Below are positions 12,089 to 25,682 of a stretch of DNA of 64,000 nucleotides, in pieces; position 1 is the first letter of the stretch, and every line of letters starts with the position of its first letter. The notes beneath the pieces are model-generated. The model had not been told where the DNA came from and searched no databases. It was given only the letters and a program-made list of their open reading frames with translations. The stretch covers positions 6,696,001 through 6,760,000 of the forward strand of contig JBHGNT010000011.1 in NCBI GenBank assembly GCA_043228905.1. Reading direction: 5' to 3'. Made by a program: the position numbers and the translations under genes. The stretch is from Azolla caroliniana (lineage: Eukaryota; Plantae; Polypodiophyta).

Positions 12089-15000
12089 TCTCGCGAAGAT
12101 GCGCGTGCGTGGGTTAGCTTGAGCGGAACCACCGGGGGTCTCAGTCCGGAGAGGAAGTTCACGAACTTGTTGAAAAGATTTGATGATGTGGATAGGAGTC
12201 GAGGAAACAAATGTCACATTTTGAAAATATTCAAAGATTGACAATTATAAGAAGTATAATAATATTGATCGATGGCAAAAGAAGAATAACAATAAGAAGT
12301 ATATTTATAAGAAGAATTTTATATTGATGGTAATATCACATAATGAGGCCCCCCTGTACACAAGCCTTATGAGGGTTTTTATAGGTCTATCCATGCTTCT
12401 AACATGCACAAAACCATGGGGTTGGACCCATGGTTTTTGGGCACACAGTGTTTCTTGTAGCATGCATAAAACCATGGGCATGGAACATGGTTTTGTGCAC
12501 ACGGTTTTGTGTGGTTGTTTTCCTATACCTTTAAAGTATAAAACATTTAAAGTACTTGGTAGTAGCCTTAATGGTAAGATAAATGTTTCTTATTTTGGAG
12601 GTGCAAGGTTCAAATCTTGCTTGCACCCCTCTATATGCACTTGAATGCCACTAGGCCCTAGGATAATTTTCATATTTATAATCGTTTGTGTAATGTGCAC
12701 GGAATTACACTATTTCACAATTTCTCCCATTTGACACACAACATCACAACATCCACCCCCACCAAATTGCACATCCTCAAAGGTGGTTGGCCTTTGATTA
12801 CTTTCTTTCTTACGCCTCGCTTGCGATGGCCTTTTTCCTCCATTTTGAGCACATGCATTCCTTCCACCCAAACAATTGTCGCTCGCCCTTCGCATTGCCA
12901 TGACCACTTGGCATAGCCCTTTTTGCTCCACCTGAGCTTAACCCTTCATGCATCGTACACATGCCGCCTTCATCCCAACCATCTCCTTGGTCATCAAACT
13001 TCCTTCGATCGACCTTGCTTGTGTCATGCTTGCATTTCCTCATGCTCAGCAGCTTCGACCGGGTGTCGCGGCTTGTTTGCTTCAACTTACGGCTAGGTTA
13101 GCTCAACTTCTGTCTGGATCGGTTTCGACCAATCAAATTCTTGCTTGGTCGGCCTTCGTCCGTATTTGCATTCGGCTGAATCAGACTCAGAAGAACAGCT
13201 TCCATCCGGGTTTCAGGTGGGTCGGGCCCGATTGATCACTTCCCGTCCGGGTTGGCTTTCGTTCAGGTTGGAATACCAACCGCGTCATCTTCCATCTGGG
13301 TTGTCTTCCAGTTCTTCCTTTCTTGCCGCTCTCTAGCTCGTCATCGAACTCTATTGTAGCTTTGTTCTTGGCCTCCTTGTTGGCCATTGTTCCTCCATAT
13401 GTGATGGCTTCGACCCTCATCTCCTCGCCGCCACCTTTCGTCTCTCCGGTCTCACGTTGGCAAACGGGCACAACTGCCGAAGTCTCAAGAACAATTGTGG
13501 GGAGAACCTCGGCACCATCGGTCACCGTCTTCTCATCCATAGCCACCTTTTGCTGAACGTTGTTATTCGCATTGTCTTCAATATTTGCTTCCCCACCACT
13601 TTCCGTCTCTTGGATCTCATGTTGGCTCTCGGACGCAACTACCCAAGTCTCTAGATCAAGTGTTGGGAAAGTCTCAACACGGTCATCCGCCGTGAACTCT
13701 TCCATAGCACTATCTGCGACTCGATGTTGTTCTTCATGGCTACGACCTCAATCACGTCGACCTCGCACTCTTTACATCCCTCGATCACGCAAGCTTTGCT
13801 CATGCTTGCACCTTCATCACTCGATATTTCGGACACAACATCTGTTCCGAAATGCTCGTCCACTCTTAAAGCAACATTTCCCACTCTCGAGTCTTTGCCT
13901 TTCTCTTGACCGTCATTCCTTCGTAAGTCGAGAAGGTGGCTTGTTTCACACATTATCCCGTGGTATTGTCGTACCGAACCTGGGCCTTTGTATTGGTCGT
14001 ATCATTAGTCCGCATTTGTCGGGAGATCTCCTCTTCCTTGATCACCAATTGCCTCGGTTTTGGCTCCATTCTAGGCTTCTCTTTGGCCTTGACTTGCACC
14101 TTTAAACTCTCATATGCCTCCTTTATGAAGGCCTCTATGTTGAGTACCATCGAACCTTCCCTCTTCAAGCTTTCTTCTTTACGTGGTTGTGTGTAGTCGC
14201 ATCCCGTCCTCCTTTCACCATCCCTCGTGGGTTGTGTTGTTGCCGATGAGAATCTCATCTTTCTCTTATCATGTAGTCGGCATACACTTTCCACTTTTCT
14301 CCAATCCTCAGTGAGGCCATTTGCACCATAATCTTCTTCGAGTTTGAGTCGAATGGCCATCCTTTCCCTTCGATCGACCGACTTCAGGAACAACAAGACC
14401 TTATCCACCCCCACCAATCTTTGTTCCTGCTCCGACAGTTGAGAAAAATGACGCTCGAAGTCTAGGAATGCTTGTGTCGCATCTTGGTGGGTCTTCACCG
14501 ATGCCACCCACTAGTCAAACTCACGCCGACCTTGTCTCTTCGGTCTCTCGTAGCCATATGCCTTCAATAGAGCCTCTATGAAAGTCACCCACGAATCATG
14601 ATCTTCTCGAAGCTTTTTTACCTCTTTGTAGATCATTTCAGGCACCACCCGACGAAAGTACTCTAGCCTCATAGCTTCATTCATACCTCTTGAATCCATC
14701 TCGGCATTGTAGGTGTCTAGAAAATTTTGGAGTATGCCCCCGTCGAAATAGCCGACTCGCTTGACCACGCTTCCGACAACTTGTTGGGCCACATCTCGTC
14801 TTTTCCCTTCTCTTGAATATTTCATTATCATCTTTGACATTGCCTCCATGAGATATTCCTCGTCCATCTTCATCCTTCCCTGCGCTCTTCACATCGGGTT
14901 CAGCAAATGATGTCGCGAAGATGCGTGTGCCTGCGTTAGCTTGAGTGGAACCACCGGGGTCTTAGTCCGGAGAGGACGTTCGTGAACTTGTTGAAAAGAT

Positions 15001-15572
15001 TTGATGATGTGGATAGGAGTCGAGGAAACCAATGTCACATTTTGAAAAGATTCAAAGATTGACAATTATAATAAGTATAATAATATTGATTGATGGTAAA
15101 AGAAGAAGAACAATAAGAAGTATATTTATAAGAAGAATTTTATATTGATGGTGATATCACATAATGAGGCCCCCCTTCACAGAAGCCTTACAAGGGTTTT
15201 TATAGGTCTATCCATGCTTCTAACATGCACAAAACCAGGGGCTTGGACCCATGGTTTTTGGGCACATGGTGTTTCTTGTGGCATGCACAAAACCATGGGC
15301 TTGGAACATGGTTTTGTGCACACGGTTTTGTATGGTTGTTTTCCTATTCCTTTAAAGTATAAAATGTTTAAAGTACTTGGTAGTAGCCTTAATGGCAAGA
15401 TAAATATTCCCTATTTTGGAGGTGCAAGGTTCAAATCTTGCTTGCACCCCTCTATATGCACTTGAATGCCACTAGGCCCTAGGATAATTTTCATATTTAT
15501 AATCATTTGTGTAATGTGCGCGGAATTACACTATTTCACAATTTCTCCCATTGGACACGCAACATCACGAGA
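12089..15572 (-). mobile_element. Element B: non-autonomous gag-only (TR-GAG-like) LTR element related to A/E
   Basis: ~660-bp direct repeats at 12089-12751 and 14911-15572, tRNA-Trp-like PBS 14888-14905, PPT GGTGGGGGTGGA. The gag-like ORFs 14873-13953 (VGYFDG...FLDTYNAEM) resemble A gag; no pol motifs. Confidence 0.85.
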
Positions 15573-17471
15573 TCGTGATGTCTTCATTAGCTAAATTGAC
15601 CTCCTCCAATGCCGAAGCTTGAACTAGTTGCGATACTTTCGTTTCCTTTTTCGTAGCTTCCTGCTGAAGGCGGATTTCTTTCATCGTTTGATCATCAATT
15701 GGTAAGTCATCATGTGTGTCAACATATGATGTAGGAGCTTGTAATATGTCGACCTCGAACAAGGGAATAAATCTTGGGTTATCATTAAAGTAATTATTCT
15801 CCTCAGCTTCATCTAATCCCTCCATCATATTGACTACTTCTACATGAACCGCCAGACATTGTCTACTGGTAGTAATCTTATTTTGGGTGGATACCTGAAT
15901 TTTATGTTTTCCTGTTCGAAATGTTAATAAATTCTAACTCCAAATTTGCTTAGTATTGGCCGTCTTTAACCATGGACGCCCTAATCGCAAAGGATATGCT
16001 CCAGGAGCCTCCAAATGAAGCACTACTACTGATATTTGAAAACTGTGACCACCTAAAACGACATCTGATTGCCTAATTAATCCGATCGGTCGCGCCGTAC
16101 TCTTGATCCACCATCTACAATAGCGCCATCTATTTCTTGGCCATGGATTATCACTCTTATTGATGGATTCTGCTCATCCATAATTGTCGGACTATTACTT
16201 GGTTGACTATAATTAACTGCTATCTATTTTATCCCTTTCTAGGCAATCAAAGTTGTCACTTTCTCCGTAACCTGTGGAACCAATTTCAGAAATCCTATCA
16301 AGGGTAATGACACTTGGCAATCAGCCAAGATTTTCCAAGCTTCCTCATGTTCCTGTACTACCATTGCTTTGGGTAGTTCATTAATGTTGTCGTGAAGATT
16401 TTCGGCAATGGTGTGAAAATCACATAAAACGTGTATTAATCACATAAAACAATAATAGTGAAGATAACATTTTAAATAAGTTTAATATCTAAGTACAAAA
16501 TGATGGAGGTCTTCAAGATCTTTCGAATGCACTTTATTACATGAGAAATGGACAACTAGATGTCAAGATATGAGGGTATAAAGTTTGTGAAAGGAAAAGA
16601 GAAAACTGTGAGATATCCCACATAGGCATGACAAATACGGCTCTCATCATATATAAGGTAGAGAAAAAGCTATTATCTTTGTGCCTATGTGTGGAGCATA
16701 TAGAGTTCAAGGTAACTTGAACTAAGAGTGAAGGTGGCCTAGCCACTTGTAAAGGTTTTGGTCGACCAAAACCGGACCAACGATAGAGCCGGTGATCCGG
16801 CGGAACCGACGTCCGGCAGCGACTAGATAAATAAATATATATGACAAGTAAGGATTCAAACTTTGCACCTCCAAGTTAGGAGACAATTGGCTTACCACTA
16901 AGCCAAGATATTTAGTTGAAATTATATTTCTATCATTGTACTTTTACATGTAAATTCTTATGCATGAGAGCTAAAATGAGTGACATGGTTATTATGCACC
17001 ACATGTAATACACGAGTGCCAAATGGCAAACATGCATCATATGCATGGGGGCATCTATAAAAGGATGGATGAAAATGTATTATGGATCCATGTATGAATG
17101 AAGAAATTAATGAGAAGAAAATTCATTGATGATATATCTTGTTTCTCAAATCAAGAATTAAAATCTTAATCTCAATATCTCTCTCTTGGCCATATCAATC
17201 TTTCTCAATCTAAGTCAAGCGTTTAATCTTAATCTCTTTCTCTCTTTCAATCTATCCTAAATATTTTCTCGTTAAGCTTGGTGCGAACTTTGATCCTTCC
17301 GGTCCATAACCCTGGCGGTTCCACCTCGCGATCTGTGCCTAGTGACGGATCTTCACGACATAATTAAGTGGTGAACTTGACGTGATAGAGGCGGTAGGAA
17401 GGATCAAGTCGAGGATCAACCAATACTTGGAGATGGCATCGTCAAGCAATCAAGCGTGAGAGCTCAAAAGG

Positions 17472-20400
17472 ATGATGCTAAGCGTCGAGCAAATGATGAG
17501 ATCTCGGGACAATGATGCGAGTGTGGAGAAGGCTGTTGATCATGTCGTAGAGCTCGAGGGCCAATTCGATGGATGGAACGTTACGAAGTTCCTTGACACA
17601 TATAGAAGGGAGATGAATCAGAGGGACGTGTCCGAAGCATGTCAAATCGCAAGCTTCAAGAGAGTTGTCTCCAACAACATCCAAAGACGCGTCATCGATC
17701 TTCAAGAAGGTAAGACAACATGGTTCGAGTTTAAGAAAACGATACTAGCGGAGTTCGCGACTGAAGACTCAACGAGGATGACTCGACATGCCCTGATGAA
17801 GTGGATAGAGAAGAAGAATAAGAAGATGAGCGCCTCGAGGGTGTACGACGAATTCGACCAGATGTTTAGTCGTCTCCCCAACACGGACCAAGTGTTGCTT
17901 GAAGAGGACAGGACTTTGTACTTCTTGAAGGTCGTGGACATTAAGGATAGACGGGAGTTGGGGACTCTTCTCGAAGATGATACCGAAGCAAATAGGCTCG
18001 TAGCGGACTGGATCGCGGTGAAGCGGGCATGCAATAGGCTCGACAAGCGTCGTCAGTGGGTTGATGACACCGACTTGGCAGGATCGACTGTTGCGGAGAA
18101 AACAAGACAACCGAAAGTAGCTGAGCCGCCCAAACAAAGCAGCCCAGAAGAAAAGAAGATTGATGACAACATCATTGAAGAGCTGGTGAAGAAGTTTGAG
18201 GTGGTCACGCTAGACAACATGAATCTTCCGGGCCCAAAGGAAAAGAACCCTTTAGACGCGTGTGGTGCGATAGCATGGACCACATGAGAAGGGATTGCGC
18301 GAGCCTTCGAGAGGCGACCCGACAAAATATCGTGTACATAGATGACAACATGATCTGCTCGAGCGAGACTAGAAGACCCCTACGGGTGAATTTCGGAAGA
18401 GGAGGAATGAAGAAATCTATGGAGGATGCCGATGCGACTCATGTGGATGTGATGCACTATGCTGTGTCGGCCGGAATAAGAGTCAGGAAAGACAGAAATG
18501 AAGCTGCGAAAGTGGGAGCCAAGTTTTGGTCTTCCGTTCTCGAGTATGAGAAAATGGGGAAGGTTACATTGAACAAGGTAGAGCTTGCGGACCGAAGCGT
18601 GCAAAGCATAACCGGGTGGTCGGATCGCGGAGGTGATGTGCGACAACCATGTGGTGTTCGTCGAAGAAAAGAGAAAAAGAATAGAAGAGCAAGGACCATC
18701 AAAAAGACATAAAACAAGGAATGCGAAAAAGAAGGACGATGCGGAGACGAGTCGACCTTTACAAACGGAGGAACGAGAATCAAGCCGAAAAGGGGAGCCG
18801 AGCATACGAGTTGAAGAAACGGTTCGGCCCGTGAAGGTTGGTGTCGAAGACCCCCCTCGGAGAACAAGGACTATGCCTACCTATAAGCTAAGGTCGGACA
18901 TAGAGCAGACGACGGACCTAAAGAAGATTCTCGGAGAACGAGTTCTTGATAGCCACGTGACTTTGTCCTTGAGGGAATTGCATCGTGGACCATGTAAAGA
19001 GAAAAAGACAGCAATCGAACGAGGAAGAAGAGAAGCCGCAAAAAGCAAAAACGAATGCCATAACGATGGCAAGAGACGAAGTCGATGAAGATATGGTGGA
19101 CAACAACTATACTCGACCTCATTGGGCACGAGCGACAACGGAGATGCCGGTGAAGATCGGGGAGAAGAAAGAGACAGTGGTAGCTTTGATCGACCATGGC
19201 TCGGAGATCAACCTCATGTCAACCGACTTCTACAAAAAAGGAAGATGGCCAATCAATACAAACCACGGATGGAAGATTCGCGCGGCAACAAAGTCTACGG
19301 AGGACTTGTACGGAGCTTGTCCCAATGTCAAAGTCACGATCGGGGATGTGGAGAAGGATCAACACTTCTTCGTACAAGAATCAACGTCACATCATGTCAT
19401 CCTAGGGCAACCGTATATCACATCATCTCGGATGGAGACCAAAGTGTTCGATAATGGAGCAGCCTTCGCACGAATAAAGAGTCTTGACAACCAAAGATCG
19501 GTCCAAATCCTAACGGTGCGAGCCAATCATGAAAGGAATCGAGATAGTCTCGGAGGCGAATCCTCGGTTTTTTAGAGCGGACTATTAAAGCATGGGGCAC
19601 AAATAGTCCGAGCAATCAGAAGACCCCACAAGAAAGAAGAGTGTGTGGATTGCGAGGAGAAGCGACATGTGTCACACCTAGTGGCGCATGTAAACTAGTA
19701 CTACCCAACAAGAAGGACAAGCGTCGGATACAAGAATTCAAGAAGATGTTGAAAAAAGAGAACATCATAGAAGAAGGAGAGTTCGTGACTCATATTATGG
19801 AAGAAGCCTCATTTAACGACACCATCGGCGTAATCGAGGAAGTCATGGACTTGAGCTATCTTCATGATCATTACGTGATTTCGATTAACTCTATCAACAT
19901 GTATGCTATCATCGATGAATACCGTCGTGGCATCTTGATGAAGCTGACATCAACACGAAATATAAAACGGTGGATAAGAAGATCAAGCCAGTTTCGGTTC
20001 CGCTACTGGAAGATAGCTGGCAAAAGGTGAAGGAAGTCGCTAACGATCCAAGCTTAAGAGATCCGAAGATGATAGGTCATGTCTTCACCAAAGAGACAAA
20101 GGGGAAGCTATGAGTTGGAAGGGAGGATTTCCTTCTCCCTAAAGAGGAGCGAATGTTTCGCGATATGCTTGAGAGACATGGGAAGGCTTTCACATTCTTC
20201 CCCAGAGAAATCGGATGTGCCGACCCAAAGGTTATAGAGCCGATGGTGATCTTCACGGTGCCTCATGTGCCTTGGAATTTGAAACTGATACCGGTTCCGA
20301 GAGCACACCTTCCGAAGCTGATCGACCTCTTAAAGGAGAAGGTGAGTATGGGAATTCTAGAACCATCGAATGCTCCTTATTCCAATAGGTGGTTCATGGT

Positions 20401-23054
20401 GCCGAAGAAGAATGGATCATTGCAATTCATCCAAGATCTTCAACCCGTCAACAAGGTGACAATTCGAAATGCCGAAATTGGTCCGAGCGTGGACGAATTT
20501 GCTGAAGCGTTTGTGGGCTGAACCATCTACTCCATTGGCGATCTCTACTCTGGATATGACCAATTCCAATTGGCGATCAACAGTCGGGACATTACAACCA
20601 TGAGGACTCCGATCGGGCTTGTGTGGATGTGTACCTTACCCCAAGGTGCAACGAACTCGGTGGCTCATACGGTGAGTGCCATGAATAAAGTCTTCAAGGA
20701 TTGCATCCCGGACATCACGATGCCATTCTTGGATGATATTCCGATAAAAGGATGTTCGGATGAGGAGAAAGATGAATTGAAAGATAAGGAAGGTTGTAGA
20801 AAGTTCGTTGCGGATCATATGAAAGATTGCGAGAAGGTGTTTCAAAGGCTTGAAGATGCGAATTTGACATTTTCGGGAGAAAAATTCGCATTCGGGCAAC
20901 CAGAGATCTTGGTGGTAGGTCACTTGTGTGGAGCATACGGCTGGAAGCCCTCGCCATCCAAAGTGGACGCAATCCAGGACATGAAAGAAGAATGCGAAAA
21001 CCAAACGGAGGTTAGAAGGTTCCTTGGAGCATGCACATTTTATCATATCTGGATTCCGCACTACGCTCATGTCGCCAAACCGTTATATGGACTACTAAAG
21101 AAAAGAATGAAGGTCGAATGGTGAGACGAGCACACAAATGTGATGCGAAGATTGAAGAAATTGCTTCTTGAAGCTCCGGCACTAAGGAAGGCCGACTATG
21201 CCGAAGGGAAGCCGATTTACGTAACCATAGATACGAGCCCAACCGGAATCGGGTGGGTCATCAATCAAGAAGGAGAAGATAATGCGCAATATGTCGTCCG
21301 GTTCGGAGCAAAGATTCTCAGCGAACGGCAACAAAGATATGCCCAAGTCAAGCGGGAACTTTGGGGTATTGTGTCGGCAATGAAGATGGACAAAGATTAC
21401 CTGATCGGGTCAGAAGTGATAATAGAGACAGATTGTCTCCCAATTCTCGGAATGGTCTCGGGATGTGCGATCCCCGATCTTGCTATGCTAAGGTGGATCG
21501 CCTACATCAAGTCTCTAAACCCAGAGATCCATCACATTGCAGGGAAGAAGAATGCCATGGCTAACATGTTGTTGAGGGCAAGATTTGAAAATGGAAGTGA
21601 CATGTTTTCGGAAGATGAAGAAGTCGCCCTCGACTTCTTCAAGATGGCTCAATTGTCGGCGGAAGACCAAGACACGCAAACCCTCCACGCCTTCAACGAG
21701 AACGAGTACGAAGGAGAGTGGTTACTGATTGGTAGATTCCTAAGAACATTGACGACAAATGCTTCGTTGACAAAGGAGGAGGCCCTACGAATCCGGAAGG
21801 AAGCTTACCGATACTACTTGAAGGGAGGATTCCTTTGGCGACATCCAAAAAGAAGGACAAGAATACCACGTCGAGTGGTGGTGAAGAAAGAAGAGCAAGA
21901 GACGTTGAGGACCGAATTCCACGAGAGTGCTTGGGCAAGTCATAGAAGAACATGGGCGACGTTCGAAAAGTTGAAGGAGAAGTACTGGTGGCCAAGCATG
22001 TACAAAGATGTACTCCATTTCGTGTCCACATGCGAAACTTGCCAAATATATTCAAATATACGTCATCGTGATGAGTTACAGCCGACATACCCACTCACCA
22101 TACACTTCAAATGGATGGTGGATCTGGTCTCAATGCCAATGAGAGTGGGACAAATGAAGTACTTAGTGTTGGCAAGGGAAGACTTGACAAATCAAGTGGA
22201 AGGACGAGCCTTGACAAATAAGATGACATCAACCATTTGCAAATTTCTACTTGAAGAGGTTGTTTGCTGATACGGATTTGTGGGGAAGATAGTGGCAAAC
22301 CGAGGGGAGTTGGATGCGCACGAAGCGACGGAGCTCTTCGAACGACTAGGCGTGAAGCTCTCCCTCACGACTACCTACAATCCGGAAGCGAATGGGAAGA
22401 TCGAGCGAGGGCATGGACCTATCGTCAAAGCCATCGTACGGGCATGCAACGGTTGAGTCGGGAATTGGCCACGACTATTACCCTATGCCTTGTGGGCGGA
22501 CAGAACGACACACAGCTCGGTGACAGGGTATATGCCGACGGAGCTTATGTATGGACAAAAGCCAGTAATGCCCATCGAAAGGACGATCGCCTCATGGGTA
22601 GCGATACCGTGGGAGAACGAGATGAGCCGAGAAGAGTTATTAGCGGCACGAATAAGGCAACTTGAAAGAAGACCTCAAGATCTAGAAAAAGCGCAAGATG
22701 ATGGAGGCAGCCCGAGTAAAGAACAAAGTTGAGTTCGACAACACGCATCGACTTCGTCCCAGGAAGATTAAAGAAGGAGATTGGGTTTTGGTTTACGATA
22801 GTAGCCTTGACAATCAACACAATACAACAAGAAAGTTCGCAAGAAGATGGTTCGGGCCGTATGTGGTGACAAGTGCCAACGATAATGCCACATACCACCT
22901 TGCGGAGCTAGACGGATCAAGGTTGGCCGTACCCATTGCGGGAAAAAGAGTAAAGATTTTCAAGAAAACACAAGACGAGGATCCTGACCTCGATCACCTC
23001 GACGATGAACATAATAGGGCGGATATAAATGAAGACATGGAGGAATCTGATTGA
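17472..23054 (+). pseudogene. gag-protease and pol of A (CCHC-like knuckle, DHGSEIN protease, FLDD RT, RNase H, integrase)
   Basis: ORFs 17472-18287, 18260-18712, 18985-19575, 20153-21124, 21140-22270 and 22490-23054 carry the motifs in the expected order. Confidence 0.9.
19566..19630 (+). promoter_or_regulatory. Predicted -1 frameshift signal of A (G GTT TTT plus stem-loop/pseudoknot)
   Basis: Stem CGGACTATT/AATAGTCCG; loop TGGGG can pair with downstream CCCCA; the -1 frame is open into ORF 19641. Confidence 0.7.
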
Positions 23055-25318
23055 TCACTGTAGCCGAAATCTCATTTTCTCTCTTCTTGGCACGTACCGG
23101 AGGACATGCGGTTTGGTGGGGGTGGATGTCGTGAAGATTTTCGGCAATGGTGTGAAAATCACATAAAACGTACAAAATTGAGTATGAATCACATAAAACA
23201 ATAATAGTGAAGATAAAATTTTAAATAAGTTAAATATCTAAGTACAAAATGATGGAGGTCTTCAAGAGCTTTCGAATGCACTTTATTACACGAGAAACGG
23301 ACAAGTAGATGTCAAGATATGAGGGTATAAAGTTTGTGAAAGGAAAGGAGAAAATTGTGAGATATCCCATATAGGCACGACAAATACGACTCTCATCATA
23401 TATAAGGTAGAGCAAAAGCTATTATCTTTGTGTCTATGTGTGGAGCATAGAGAGTTCAAGGTAACTTGAACTAAGAGTGGAGGTGGCCTAGCCACTCGCA
23501 AAGGTACCGGACCGGCGATGGATCCCATGATCCAGTGGCAGCTGACAAGCGGACATCCGACGGAGTCGGCGAGCCGGTGGCGCACCGGCATCCGGCGAAC
23601 CAGCCGTATATATATATATACATATACAAGGAGGACAAGTATATAGGATTCGAACCTTGCACCTCCAAGTTAGGAGTCAATTAGCTTACCACTAAGTCAA
23701 GATATTTAGTTGAAATTATATTTCTATCATCGTACTTTTACATGTAAATTCTTATGTATGAGAGCTAAAATGAGTGACATGGTTATCATGCACCACATGT
23801 AATACACGAGCGCCAAATGGCAAACATGCATCATATGCATGGGGGCATCTATAAAAGGATGGATGAAAATGTATTATGGATCCATGTATGAACTAAGAAA
23901 TTAATGAGAAGAAAATTCATTGATGATATATCTTGTTTCTTAAATCAAGAATTAAAATCTTAATCTCAATATCTCTCTTTTGGCCATATCAATCTTTCTC
24001 AATCTAAGTCAAGCGTTTAATCTTAATCTCTTTCTCTCTTTCAATCTATCCTAAATACTTTCTCGCTAAGCTTGGTGTGAACTTCAACCCTTCCGGTCTA
24101 GAACCCTAGTGGTTCCGCCTCGCGATCCGCGCGTAGTGATGGATCTTCACGACAACGTGGTTTATCTCATTGTCCTGCAGCATCCTTGACATATTATTTT
24201 TATTAGTTTCTTCCACCCATTCCTTGGCTACTTTTCTAACAACTTCTTGGATTTCCCATTCTGATTGTTTACCTTTACTTCTGGTAGTGACGTGCTGAAT
24301 TTCCGGTATCACCATAGTAACGATAGGTGCTTTTCCTTTGGTTTTAGACGAACATTGATTTGCATAATGTCCATCTTTCCTACAAATATAGCAGTTAGGA
24401 GTGAATGATCCACTGCCTTCACCCTGTTCATATTGGGGACATCCATCCGGATTTTCTCTTTGAGAATCATGTTGAAATTGCCGTGACACTTTTGGCTTAT
24501 AGAATATTTTGTTGTTGGGTCGATTTTGTTTATTCTGATAACGACCTCCTTGTTGCTGTTGACGACTGTTATCCTGTAGTGCTGAAAAATCTTGATCTCG
24601 ATTCTGTCGATAATCATATTGTCGGGCGTCCTCTTGTGTTGGACCTTGATTATCATTTCTCCTATATTCATTCCAGTCATTATTCGGTCGCTTTTCCGAA
24701 TAATTCTGATTATCATACTAGTCATCCTCCTGATACCTATTATTGAACCTATTACGGTTATCTTGGTAGCCATTTTCCGGAAAAATTTACCGTACCGGCG
24801 CTGTTGCTTTGTTAAGCAAATTATATTCACATCATTCTATTGAATGGGCCTTAGAGTGACAGATTGTGCAATGTGTACGTAAACTACACTCGATTGTCGA
24901 ATGCCCCGTATTCAAACAAGCAGTACATTGTATTGCTTGGCGAAACTGTAACTCTTCCATAGTTGGCAAAGTATGATGCAATGCTGACATATCCATACTT
25001 CTTACATTTTTTGGATTTCGATCCATAGCAATGGCCTTATCAATCACTTGCTCAATTGACTAATTTCGGAAATCGAACACCACTAGTGTTGTTCGTAGTG
25101 GTTCACGAATTGCCTCTAGAAAGATATCCTTTAGTTTGTGATCCGGAATTGGCCTAGAAATTTGTAGTTGTAGATTCTGAAATCGAATGACAAATTGTGA
25201 CACCGTTTTCATTGGCTTCTTGATACAATGCATAAAATTGAGCTATCAGATCCTTCTGAGGAATCTGTTTCGAAACAATTGAAGAAATTTTTTGGTTAAT
25301 TGTTCAAATGTTTCGAAC

Positions 25319-25682
25319 GCTCGGAAACCATTCCGAGCAAACCAATTTGCCGACTGGCCATCTAATGACAAAACAAACTCAACTATTTTAGACTTATCCT
25401 CTGCTGTGGCCGATAGTCGCTGAGCTCCTTGGTTTATTTCCCATGTTGTTAAGAAATCCCTAATATGCACTTCTACATCAGCGCCTTCTCGAAATTTTGA
25501 GCTCGGAAACCATTCCGAGCAAACCAATTTGCCGACTGGCCATCTAATGACAAAACAAACTCAACTATTTTAGACTTATCCTCTGCTGTGGCCGATAGTC
25601 GCTGAGCTCCTTGGTTTATTTCCCATGTTGTTAAGAAATCCCTAATATGCACTTCTACATCAGCGCCTTCTCGAAATTTTGA
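25319..25682. repeat. 182-bp near-perfect tandem duplication within gag of G
   Basis: GCTCGGAAACCATTCCGAGC...GAAATTTTGA occurs at 25319 and again at 25501. Confidence 0.9.

Larger units (their letters stand above)
16388..24154 (+). mobile_element. Element A: full-length decayed Ty3/gypsy with PYSNRWF/PQGATNS-type RT
   Basis: LTRs 16388-17360 and 23127-24154 (TGTCGTG...CACGACA), 4-bp TSD ATGT/ACGT, PBS TGGTGAACTTGACGTGA at 17369-17385, PPT GGTGGGGGTGGA. Confidence 0.93.
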
